Source: the human T2T-CHM13v2.0 reference genome, Homo sapiens. Taken from it: a stretch of DNA of 64,000 nucleotides. A program made the position numbers and the translations under genes. Shown here piece by piece: positions 1 to 13,175 of the stretch. How positions within the stretch are numbered: the first letter of the stretch is position 1; every line of letters begins with the position of its first letter. The notes beneath the pieces are model-generated. The model made no database searches and was not told where the DNA came from. It worked only from the letters and a program-made list of their open reading frames with translations. The stretch is from NCBI RefSeq assembly GCF_009914755.1, contig NC_060931.1; one strand, written 5' to 3'.

Positions 1-840
1 ATTTTCCAGGTTAGTATTGGTTAGAGCTCACCAGAACTGAATTTGTCAGAAAAATAGAGGGTATCTATGAGGCTTTGTGGCGAGAGACAAAAGGGAACAA
101 GGAAAAAAAGATGTTGCTGGCAGCCAGGAGATATACTTTGGGGAGAAGAATGGAAGTGTTACTGTATTGTATCTTGCTTTTTTAGAAAAGTGTGAATAGA
201 AATCTTCTGGGTTTACTAATGTGTTATAGAGCTGGATTTGGGCGTTTTGTGGCAATTGGAGTTGCGTAGTTTACGTAACATTGAGCAGAGGTGCAAGATG
301 GGAGAGACAAGAGCTCAGACTGCCCAACGGGTCTCAGAAAATGTAGGTTACATCCATAATACATTTGTTTGTTGTTTTTATTTGAGCTACTTTGTATAGG
401 CATCTATTTTCTTGCAATCAAATAAGCTCTAACGAAAATGATGTGTAATGTACAAAGTACCTTAGCAGCTTCAATAAGCATTAGACATGATCTCCACCCT
501 TTCATGAATTCACCTGTGTTATATGGGTAAGTTAGACTCCAGGAACAATCATAAAACAGCCTTATTCTTTTCTCCAGCTGTCCCTTTAGAACAAAACTCT
601 GTCTAGTTCTAAACAGAATCACACTGATTTTTGAAGATAACATAGCTTTTTTTCTGGCTCTTTTGCATCACAAATAGTATCATTTACAAAATTAAAATGC
701 CCGGCCTAGTCTAATATAACATTATTAGCTTCAGGATTCATTCAGAGAGAAACTTTTCCTCTCTCTGAGCTTGAGTGGCTGTGGGTCTGGAAACCTGCAC
801 TGGGGAAGGGAAGACAGGAGGCCCTTCTCTTGGCCCCCTT

Positions 841-1005
841 CCTGGTATGTTCCTTGCTCCTCTTCTGCACTCGCTAGTCCTCCCTGGCCTGTTCCTTGCT
901 CCTCCTCTGCACTCAGCAGTCCTCCCTGGCATGTTCCTTGCTCCTCCTCTGCACTCGCCGGTCCTCCCTGGCATGTTCCTCGCTCCTCCTCTGCACTCGC
1001 CAGTC
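841..1005. repeat. 42-bp minisatellite, ~3.9 copies
   Basis: Units start at 841, 883, 925 and 967 (cctggcatgttccttgctcctcctctgcactcgccagtcctc), with few substitutions and no spacers. Confidence 0.95.
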
Positions 1006-1793
1006 TTAATTTCTCACTTCTCCAAGGTTGGGTTCAGGGGGAGGAGGGATGAGAGAAAGGATACAGCGTCACACGGTGGTTATGGATCTCATCTGGTGAT
1101 GGGTCTCTCTGGATGTGACAAATACACAAAGCCGCACTTTTTCTCATGGGGAGCTTTTGGAGAGCTTCTTTGGAGACCCTCACATAGAATGTTGGAAGAT
1201 GGCTTTTAGCCTTTTCTCTCACTGTGATGCCTTCACACATCCTCACACTTCCTGTCTTTACCCTCTTCTGGTCCTTTGGCTCTATTGGGTGGAGTTCCTT
1301 ACAAAATGGCTCTTGGGATTCCCCCATGTAGTTCACTTCTGGCTTATGAGAAACACCCACATTTTCCCACCATCACCAGAACCGACACAGCTTGCTTCCA
1401 ATACAGTCCCCTCTCTTCACATGGGGCTGCCTGAGATTTTTCCAGGTGGGGTCTAGGTAGCATTGCTTATGCTTGAAAGACTCTCTGTTCTCCAAAGCAC
1501 CCGTTTCAGGCTCTGTGACGCCGAATGGCTCTGTGACACCTTCTCCTTTGGCTTGTGCTGAGAGGAAACCTGTACTTTCCTTTTCCTGACCCAGTTGCAC
1601 AGCCCTTAGTCCCTTCTTCCTCCACCCAAAAGATGAGGGTGCCAGATAATTCCACTCACTCTCTATTTGGAGGTTTCCTGTGGATTATTGTAAATGTGCG
1701 CTAACCAATTTCATACCCTTTATTATTTTTTAAATAATGTAACAGGTCACCTTGGGCTGCAGGGACACTTGGCAACCATTTTTACAGCTTTTA

Positions 1794-2165
<372 letters not shown>

Positions 2166-2436
2166 CTACATTCAGGGGGTATATCAGGAGGATGTATTTT
2201 GGTTTATGTGATTTTAAAAGGATTCACGGCAGAGTTGAGGTTTCAGCAGAGTAGTGGAGGACACAGCTTCTTATTTGAGACTTTGTTTTACCTAAAAAAC
2301 ACATGTCGCCTCACCAAAGTGGAAAAATCTCATTTTCTTTACACACCGTACTGCAATTGCTTGTGTACTCATGCTTATGGAAAGAGGGAACCCTTGAATG
2401 ACTTATCCTTTTCACAATAAAATCCTCCCCCTGTTG

Positions 2437-2610
2437 CAATGCTTCTTCTCAAACATCAGTGTCCACACAAACCATCTTGGTGTTCTTGTTAAAATGTGGA
2501 TTCTGATTGAGTAGGTCTAGGGTGGAGCCCAAGATTCTGCATTTCTTACAAAGCTCCCAAATGGTGCTGATGCTGCTGGTCCTATGACCACATTTTGAGT
2601 GGTAAGGCTC
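2437..2610. mobile_element. MER5-like hAT-Charlie DNA transposon fossil
   Basis: ttctcaaac...ttctgattgagtaggtctagggtggagcccaagattctgcatttc...gctgatgctgctggtcc...accacattttgag matches recalled MER5A consensus. Confidence 0.8.
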
Positions 2611-2616
2611 CACTGC

Positions 2617-2630
2617 TTTTGCTGAGTCAT
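2617..2630 (-). promoter_or_regulatory. Consensus ARE / CNC-sMAF (NRF2/NFE2/BACH) motif
   Basis: Minus strand reads ATGACTCAGCAAAA, a perfect match to RTGACTCAGCA plus A/T tail; occupancy unknown. Confidence 0.45.
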
Positions 2631-3897
2631 ATGTAATGTACTAAATAATACATTTTGTCATTTATGATTGACAAATCAGTCGAAGCCTTTCATTTCGTGA
2701 AAACGGTCTTAGTGGTAGTTTGCACATAACAGCCTCTCATTTCTTTGAACTGGGGTTAGACATTTTGGTGCCATTCATTTGGAAAGGAGACTTGAAATAG
2801 GAACAAAGAGAATGAGGTTCCCGTTGTCAGCTGTGCTATCGACTTTTGCTATGTGGCCATTAACAAGCTTTATCATCTCCAAACTTTAGCCACTTGCATT
2901 GAGTTTTTGTATTAAGTAGTCTCCAGAGGTCTAGCCAATACCAACGTTCTATTTCTAGATATATTTTATGTTTATCTTATCTACTCAGCTATATCATTAA
3001 AAAGTTGGGAACTAAGTTTTTGTTTGTGCCTGTATTTTCCTTTCTGGAACAAACAATAGAACCTTGCCATTAAACATGCTCAATAAATGTTTATTAATGA
3101 TGATGCTGCAGAGCTTTGACAGTGAAGATACAAGAGTGACTCTAATAAAGAATCCATGAGTTTTTTTTAATCTAGCAAATTTATATTGCTGAATGACATT
3201 TACTTACTAAAATTCAAAATAATAAATTCAATAATATTCACACATGCTGAGTTTCTCATCCCTGACTTTAGGGTAATAGAGGCAACCTCGCTAGAATCAA
3301 ATAGTAACAGTAAAAAAGAGCTACAATCTGTATCATTATAAAAACAATAAAAGTTTTTTAAAAAAACAAGCAAAAACCGAAATATATTTCCTGGCTCACA
3401 CATTTTAGTGATTCTGTATCAATGAAACGTCTTCTTCTCTTTAAGGTATACCATCCATGTCACAAGCCACATAATAATTTGAAAAAATCAGTGACTGAGC
3501 TATGAGTTACCATTCTATGGGGTTGTGGGTTGTGGGGCCCTAAGTTGAGGAAAGTCAAGAAAAAGATTGATGGAAAAGGCAGAATGACCTAGTTAGTCTT
3601 TAAATGATGTGTTATTACAAACAAGGAAATGTCACTATAACATTTACTAGCTAGAAAAGAAGGAAGTCAGGGGTGAAAAGTAAATGGTGTGTGAAGCCCA
3701 GAAATTCCTCCTTGATTATCCAAGTGATGCTGTGAGGCAAACGCTTCCACTTACCAAGAAGAGCAGAAAAATGTCCACTTTCCTTCTACCAGTTACATTA
3801 TAGCTCTTATTTTAAGAGACAAATTGTGTAAAATGCTACAATAAATGCAATTTTGATGATAAGGACAGAACATTCAAATCTAAAACTTATGTGTTAG

Positions 3898-4242
<345 letters not shown>

Positions 4243-4849
4243 TGAGAAACTTTTAAATGTGTGTATCACATATTGTGGGAAACATTGATGTCTTATTCTG
4301 GACAAGAATAGCTCAAATGCCACACATTTTTAAATGTGCATCATTCCACATTGGAGTTTCTTTGCAGCACTATTGTGTTGAGGGCTCTGTATGTATCCAT
4401 TGTGTTGTGTTTTATAAAATGAATACCTGGAACGGATGTGTCCCCGTGGCAGGTGGGGCAGCACCTGGGTGGTGAAGAAAGTGGGGTGAGTCAAAATTGA
4501 GACAAGCATGAGGTCTTTTAAGAACTTGAAAAGTATTTCAATATCTGAAATAGAAGGCTCACTGTTAGAAAATTGATAATGGAACTAGGGTTGCAGACAA
4601 AAAAGTGTTTGAATCTAGGTGTAGAATTCTCATCCCCAGAGGGAATAAGCTAGAAAGTTAGTTCATGATCAATAAACCAACATCTAGACAATATGAAGAT
4701 AGAGTTTAAAATAAATAATGTACATTTACTGTGGAAAGGGAATTTTTAATTTTCTATTGTTAAGTACAGCAACCTGGGAAAAGAAAAAGAAGTTCTTGAT
4801 GGTAATTAGGAAAGAAAAAGGAAAAGGTTTATCCATGGATTAAAGGAGA

Positions 4850-4965
4850 GGGTACCATATGCCAGAAACATATAATATTTTATCTCACTTAACCGTCTCA
4901 GTAATCTCAGGAAGTGCATTTGTAAGGAGAACTCAGAGATATTAAGTAACTTGCCTAAGATCACG
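4850..4965 (-). mobile_element. MIR fragment
   Basis: MIR core-like actcagagatattaagtaacttgcctaagatcac. Confidence 0.6.
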
Positions 4966-5019
4966 AGGTTCCTTTGTATGTCTGTTCGTTCACATGTAGG
5001 CATGAGATCAGCTTTAGTA

Positions 5020-5965
5020 TTATACTACCAAAGAGTTTTTCAAGGCAGTTGTGCTGGTTTATATAAGGGCTTCAACACTTGATGTTATCACCTTTCTGGA
5101 TGTGGGGCTTCAAGTGAGGTTATGGAGGTATCTCAGTGTGGTTTTGCTGTACGTTTTCTTGATGACTAGTGAATATTAAACACTTATGCTTATTGGCCAT
5201 GTATATTGTCTTCAAATCTTTTGCTTGTTTTATTTTTAGCTCAGTTATCTGTCTTTTGAAAAAATGATTTTTAAATATATTTTGAAAAGAGTTCTTTGTC
5301 AGATATATGCATTGCAGTGTATTTACCACCTATGACTACTTTTTCAGTCTCTTAATGGTCACTTTTGTGGTTAAAAGCTCTTAATTTTAATAAAGACAAT
5401 TTTAACAACAACAAATTCAGACCTGGGCTTAACACCCAAATTCTATGAATCTAATAGGTTAATTCTAACACCAAACTGAATAGTAAATAGTGAAAAGGAA
5501 GTAAATTAATCAAAATGTCCACTTAGCAATTTGGTCGCCAGTTAAATTGGCCTTTGAGTAAATAAGGTTCTTCTTCATTATCGGAATGGTACCATACAGT
5601 AGAATTGTCTTCCTAGAAATTATGGCTCTGATTTACTTGCTGAAAGATCATTGATTTTCATAGGTTGGTCTTGTACCCATTGATCTCAAAGCTTTCTAAT
5701 TAGCTGTAATTATGAGTTTTTGCTGATTTTGTACATGAGATTGTGGTGTCCACAAATGATAACAGTTATATCTTACTTCCTGTACCTTGTTGTTCCTGTT
5801 TATTTTTTCTTATGTTCTTTATATTGTGTATATTTAAGGTATACAAGGTGATATTTTGATATATGCATACATTGTGAAATAATAGCAATCAAGCTAATTA
5901 ATACATCTGTCACCTCACACAATCTTGGTCAGGACCTCCAGTACTATGTTAAACAGTAGTGTTTC
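5020..5965 (-). mobile_element. Old L1 (L1M) fragments, including an L1MA-type 3' end at ~5815-5920
   Basis: Degenerate antisense L1 ORF2/3'UTR sequence (tattgtgtatatttaaggtataca...tcacctcaca). Confidence 0.65.
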
Positions 5966-7885
5966 CAGTGAAAGTTACTCAATATTCTAGCATAGTTGGG
6001 ACACATAATGGTGTGATTTACTAACATAGGGAAGAAAGAGAAAGGAATAGTTTGGAGGAAAATGTAATCATCCCTGTGATAGGACCAAGTAAAGACAGTA
6101 GGGAGCTGGCCATGAATGTCTCTAGCTCTGGAAAGGGGTAATTCTAGGAGATTTAAACTTGGGAATCATCAACTGACAAGCATTAACTTAAACTGTGAGG
6201 TTACTTTCCAGTTTCTGCTCAGGAAGAGCTGGAGGGTTACACCCAACTTTAAAACAGGAGAAAAAAAGCCAGAAGTGTGAGCTCCTCACTTTTTTTTAAA
6301 TCCACTAAAGAGAAGATATTGCAGGACAACCAAGTAATCCAAATCTAAGAAGAGATAAAAGACTACAGGCTGAAATAGGGTTTGAACACACTTGCTTAGT
6401 TGATTCAGATCAAGTCAGACGTCAATAGGCAGGACTCAGCTGGAATAACAGGTGAATTGGTAGAGGTCAAGTGTGGGTTGGTGAGGGACAGTGGAGTCCC
6501 TGGGGGCTGCTTCTATGCGGAGAAGGCAGGGTTCATATTCTCTTGAAGACTTTTTCTTTGTGAATCCAGGCATTCACAGGGAAGCCTGGGAAGAGTGCAG
6601 AGAAAACTTTCTCAAAGATGCTGCCTGAGGGAGGGGAGAACCAGCCTCTGCAGTGGAGATGCTGGACTCAGCCTGGACTCTACTGCCCCGTGTCCATGAA
6701 GGAATAAAAAGTCTTAATCTGCCGTGGGAAAGAGAACAAAAGCTGTCACCCTCAGGCCGAGATGAATACTCATTGCAACTGGTGTATGAAAATGGGAAAA
6801 CTCATCTATCCCAGAGAATCAGCAGTAATATATTCTAGGCTCAGAACCACAGCAGTCAGAGGAGAAGGGGCACTCCTCAAAGCCACACTCCCAAGACCAA
6901 AGAACATAGTCCCTGGCTGAAGCCGAGGACAAAGAAGAACAAAGAACAAAGAAGAATATCCTAAACCCAAGGTACTGATAAATCTGAGGCCAGTGGTACA
7001 CTCAACATAAATAAACAACAACGAATCCCAAACCCAGCCCAAGACCTAACTAGATTAAAACAAACTTCCACAAGAAAGGCCAAGGAGAAGGAAAAAAAAA
7101 GCCAATTTCCAAGCACAAAACTGTTTACCTCACTCTCTACTATTCTACAGGAGATGTTCAGCTATCAACAAATAAGGATGAGGAATATGGAAAGGCAAGA
7201 GACAAAGCAATCAAAAGAACCACTTAGACACAGACCTGTCTAACAGATAATTTAAAATAACTATGACTATGTTAAAGGCATGAATGGAAAAGGTGAACAG
7301 CATGTAAGACCAAATGGGCTATTGCAGCAACTCAAGACAGGAATCAATGGAAATGCTAAAAATAAAAATGAATATAAATGTGGATAAAATACACTTTTGA
7401 CATGCTCACCAGTAGATTAAAAACCATTAATAAATATAAAGATGGATTAATAGAATTTTTACAAAATGAACCAGATATAACTAAAGCAAAAATAAAAGGA
7501 ACAGAGCATCCATGAGTTATGGTACAATGTAAAATGGCTTAACATAGGCATTATTGAAACCCCAAAAGTATGATAGAGATTTGAGGAGAAGAAATGTTTG
7601 AAGAAATATTGGCTAAGAGTTAATTAGAATTAATTGGTCCAAAATTAATTAGAAAAACCACACCATGGATCTGAGAAGTTCAAGAATACTCTATAAATAA
7701 ATGCCAATATAAGTGCATTTGTGTACACAGACACACACACATACCATGTTCAATTGCTGAAGAACAAAATATGAGAAGGTCCCAAAGGCACCCACAGGGA
7801 AAAGAAAGACACAAGAGGGGAACAAAGATAAGAATTATAGCAGACTTTTTGTCAGAAATCATGCAAGACGAAGACAATGAAGTGA

Positions 7886-8193
<308 letters not shown>

Positions 8194-8660
8194 CCCCTGA
8201 AGTGATCTTTTTGAAAGGCTGGAAAGAAAAGAGTCAACACAGAATTTTATACAGAGGGAAAATATCTTTCAAAAATGAAGGAGAAATAAAGACTTTGTTA
8301 GACAAAAAGTGAGAAAATGTATTGCCAATAGACCTACATAGCAAGAAATTTTAAGAGAAAAAACATATTAAAAGAATTCCTTGAGGCAGAAGGAATATGG
8401 TACCAGAAAGAAACTTATATCTACACAATGAAACAAAGAATATTTAAAAAGAAACAAAGGAAAATAAAATTAGTTTTTTATACCTAATTGCTCCAAAAGA
8501 TAACTGATTTTTTCAAGCAAAAATTTTAGCTCTATAGTGTATTTATAGCATGGTTAAAAGGTATCTATGGTGTAGGGATCTTATAACAGTACGTTCCCAG
8601 TTCCTCCTTCACAGCATACATTGTTGTGATCCTTACACTTCACAGGAAGTATATATAAAT

Positions 8661-8936
8661 ACAGTCTCACTCTGTTGCCCGGGCTGGAGTCTAGTGGCAC
8701 GATCTTGGCTCACTGCAACCTCCACTTCCTGGACTGAAACAATTCTCCTGCCTCAGCCTCCTGAGTAGCTGGGATTACAGGCACGCACCATCACGCTGGG
8801 CTAATTTTTGTGTTTTTAGTACAGATGGTGTTTCACCATGTTGGCCAGGCTGGTCTTGAACTCCTGGCCTCAGGTCATCTGCCTGCCTTGGCCTTCCAAA
8901 GTGCTGGGATTACAGGTGTGAGGCACCACGCCCCGC
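8661..8936 (-). mobile_element. Alu (AluS-like)
   Basis: Reverse Alu body, tail degenerate. Confidence 0.9.
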
Positions 8937-9398
8937 TGGGAGAATAATGTTATTTAAAGTTAGATGTTGATTAATTAATAATGCATATTGTAAACCTTAG
9001 GGCAACCACCAATAAAATGTGTAAACATGGGCATAAGTAATAGGTTGATAAAAGAGATAAAATGAAACAATGAAAACAATAAGCAAAAATCAGAAAAAGA
9101 AGAAAAAAGAAACAAAGACAAATGGAACAACTTGAAAAGAGCTAGGACGATGGTAGATTTTAATCCAAAGAGATCAACTGTAATATTAAGTGTGAATGGT
9201 TTATACATACAAATTAAAAGGCAAAGATGGTCAGATTGGATTAAAAAAGAAAAAACTATAAGCTCTTTTTGAGAAATCCAACTTAAATATAAAGATTTAG
9301 ATAGGTTAAAAGAAAAACAATAAAATCATTAACACAAAGAAGCTGGAGTAGTTATATTAATATCATATACAAGACTTTTGCCTCTGATATAAAAGACT

Positions 9399-9670
9399 TT
9401 TGCCTCTGATAATTTTTCTTGTTTCTTTTATATTAATATCATAGAAAAGACTTTTATATATTATTATATAATAATATATAAAAGAAAAGACTTTTATATA
9501 TTATATAATAATATATAAAAGAAAAGACTTTTATATATTATATAATAATATATAAAAGACTTTTATATATTATATAATAATATATAAAAGAAAAGACATA
9601 TATTATATAATAATATATAAAAGTCTTTGATATTAATATAAAAGTAACAAGTAAAATTATCAGAAGCAAA
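9399..9670. repeat. Palindromic AT-rich repeat: inverted arms around an array of palindromic units
   Basis: 43-bp arms 9399-9441 and 9628-9670 are reverse complements (3 mismatches); perfect 34-bp palindrome at 9451-9484; ~5 related units. Confidence 0.92.
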
Positions 9671-9852
9671 CAGGGGTATTGCATAATGATAAACGAGGAA
9701 TTTCTCCAGGGAGGTGTAACAATACTATGTATGCGTGCACCTAATGACAGAACACACAAAACCAAAAATTTAAAAAACCCACAGGAAGTCAAAAATTTTT
9801 TTAAAAAAGACAAATCCTCAGTTGTGGTTACAGACTGAAACTCTTTTCTTTC

Positions 9853-9926
9853 GTGTGTGTGTGTGTGTGTGTGTGTGTGTCTGTGTGTGTATGTGTATTT
9901 TATATATATATATATTTTTTTTTTTT
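9853..9926. repeat. (TG)n-(TA)n-polyT compound microsatellite
   Basis: Directly visible. Confidence 0.95.
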
Positions 9927-10692
9927 AAAGCAGGCATAATATTGGTAAGAATTTGGAAAGACTACTGTTAACTCAATTTACCTAATGACATTTGTAAATT
10001 ATTATGCAAGAACATCTGGATTATTCACCAAGACAGACTATATTCTGGGCCATAAAATAAACCTCACCAAATCTGAAAGAACAGAAAGCACATGAAATAT
10101 GATCTCAAATTGCTAGGGATTTAAATTAGAAATTAATATCCAATAGGTATCTAGAAAATTCCTAAATACTTGGAAATTAAACATGTTTCTAAATAACCTG
10201 CATGTCAAAAAGTTTCAAGGAATTTAAAAATAATTTGAACTACATCAAAGTATAAATAAACTATATCAGAATTTGTGTAATGAACAAAGCCATGCTTAGA
10301 AGAAAATTTATACAACTAAATTCTTATGCTGGAAAAGAAGAAAGATCTTAAATCAATCATCTAAGCTTCCCTCTTAAGAAACAAGAGGAAAAGCAAGTTT
10401 TACCCAAGGCAAGCAGAAGGAAAGAAATAATAAAGATGGCAACAAAGACAAAAAAAAAAAAGAAAATAAAAAAATCAATAGAGAAAATCAATTAAACCGA
10501 AAGCTGGTAATTTTTAAAGATCAATAAAATTGATAAACCTGTAACTGAACTAACCAAGAGAAAATAAAAGACATAAATTTAAAATATAAAAGAGAAATTA
10601 AATGAACAATTCTATGCCCATAAGCTTATAAAAGGCATAACTACCAAATATAACTCAAGAAATAGGCAAGCAGAATATGTTTGTACCAATTA

Positions 10693-11168
10693 TGTTGACT
10701 GAAATTAAGGCTGTTTAGGCAGAAACAATTTAGTAAAGGCTTACTGGAAGCCAAATATGAGGATTGACTGGGGAAGACACATCAGCAAAGTGGGTATGTT
10801 CCAAAGTCTGCTACAAGTCCGAAGGCTTTTATAAGAAAGTTTGGGAGAAGGAAAGGTGACTCCTCATATCAGAGTTGTCCTTTTCACCGGAAGGTACAAT
10901 ACAGAGGTTAAGATCATTGGCAAGAGATTGCAACATACAGGCTAAAATGTCTGTGTGCAAGACAATCAGTAAAACTTCATGATTCTAGAACAAATCAGCA
11001 GTGTCTTTGTGTCAGTTGTTTACATGTTAATCGATATGTCAATCATGTGAGGAACTGACAATAAAATTTGCGGATTCCTTATTCAAGGACAAAAGGTTAA
11101 CCATGAATCATAAGACCATCGCCACGTGGGTAATTTGGAAGCTTGCCAAATGTGACCTAAGGTTATCA
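10693..11168 (-). mobile_element. Solo LTR, probably ERV1 class (family not identified)
   Basis: TG...CA termini, 476 bp, exact 4-bp TSD atta (10689-10692 and 11169-11172) interrupting L1 ORF2 sequence; strand tentative. Confidence 0.75.
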
Positions 11169-11256
11169 ATTAAATACATTGAAGGAATAGTTAATATTCT
11201 TCCAAAAAGGAAACTTCAGGAACAGAGGGTTTTACTTGGAATTCTGTCGGTATTTA

Positions 11257-11573
<317 letters not shown>

Positions 11574-12800
11574 GTAATAAAATGTTATTCAACATATTCT
11601 AAAAAGCAGAGAAGATAGAACACTTCTCAACTCAATTAATGAGGCCATCACTAATGTAATACCAGAAACAGGCAAAAGATTAAAAGAGAACTAAAAACCA
11701 ATATCCCTCATGAACAAACACACACATATTCTCAATAAAATACTAGCAAATACAATCCAGCAATATATAAAAAGAGTAACACATCACAACCAAGTCAAGT
11801 TTGTTCCAAGCATGCAAGGCTTGTTCAGTATTTGGAAATCAATCAGTGTGATTCACATTAGTAGAGCAAACAAGAAAACTATATGATTATTGCAATAGAC
11901 ACAAAAATTGAATTTGAAAATAAATTATAATATCCACTCGTGATAGACAATTCTCAGTATGGTAGGAATAAAGTGGAACTTATTTAACTTGATGAAGGGT
12001 TTCTATAAACAAGTTACAGCTAACATAATTCTTAATGATGAAAACTGAGTGGTTAATCCAAAAGATCCACTCCTGTTTAGCATCATACTAGAAGTCCTAG
12101 TTACGAAAATTATTTATTAATAGTATTTTATTTATTTATAAATAGTATTTTATTTACTTATTACCACAGGTTGGTAGAGAAGTCAGGAAAAGAAATAAAG
12201 GCCTCAAAATTTGAACATAAGAAAACTGCCTCTATCTGCAGACAAAATGACTTTCTACATGGCAAAACCCGAGAAATCCACAAAACATGTTCTAGAACTA
12301 ATTAGTGAGTTTAGCAAGGTCACAAGATTCAAGGTCAAAACACAAAAATTAATTGTTTTTCTGTGTTCTAGCAGTGCATATGGTAATTCAAAGTTTAAAA
12401 ATTACCATTCAAAATAGCATAAAAATGAAACACTTTGGACTAAATCTAAAAAATATTTACAGGATCTGTATGCTGAAATGTATAAAACTGATTAAAGAAA
12501 TTTTTAAAAAAGCTAAATCATTGGGGGAATATACTGTTTTCTTTGTTTGGGAGATCTAATATTGGTAAGATGTCAATTATCCCCAACGTTATATGTTTCT
12601 TTAATGTAATCTGAATCAAAATCTCAAAGTGATTTTTACAGATACTGACAAGTTCATTATAAAATGTGCAAGGCCAAGGAACTAAAATAACTACCCACAA
12701 AATTGGAAAGGAAATAACATAATGGGGATACTCATACTTGATTTCAAGATGTATTTTATAACCACAGCAATCAACATGGTGTGGTATTGCCAAAGGGTAG

Positions 12801-13175
12801 TGATATGGTTTGGCTGTGTCCACACCCAAATCTCATCTTGAATTGTAGTTCCCGTAATCCCCAAGTGTGGTGGGAGGGACCTCGTGGGAGGTAATTGAAT
12901 CATGGGGGCGGTCACTTCCATGCTGTTCCCGTGATAGTGAATGAGTCCTCCTGAGGCGTGATGGTTTTATATGGGGCTTTTCCCCCTTTGCTTGGCACGT
13001 TTCCTTGCTGCCGTCACATGAAGAAGGACGTGTTTGCTTCCCCTTCCACCGTGATTGTAAGTTTCCTGAGGCCTCCCCAGCCATGCTGAACTGGGAGTCA
13101 ATTAAACCTCTATTCTTTATAAATTACCCAGTCCTGGGTATGTCTTTGTTAGCAGCATGAGAACAGACTAACACA
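12801..13175 (+). mobile_element. THE1 (THE1C/D-like) MaLR solo LTR
   Basis: tgatatggtttggctgtgtc...gaacagactaacaca; 5-bp TSD ggtag/gatag. Confidence 0.93.

Noticed and set aside
841-1005. 42-bp repeats as a CRISPR array
   Set aside because: Units are contiguous with no unique spacers, there are no cas genes, and the context is primate genomic DNA
738-1209. ORFs 738-974, 771-1052 and 775-1209 as repeat-containing proteins
   Set aside because: Open frames are explained by a 42-bp stop-free unit; no recognisable homology or exon structure
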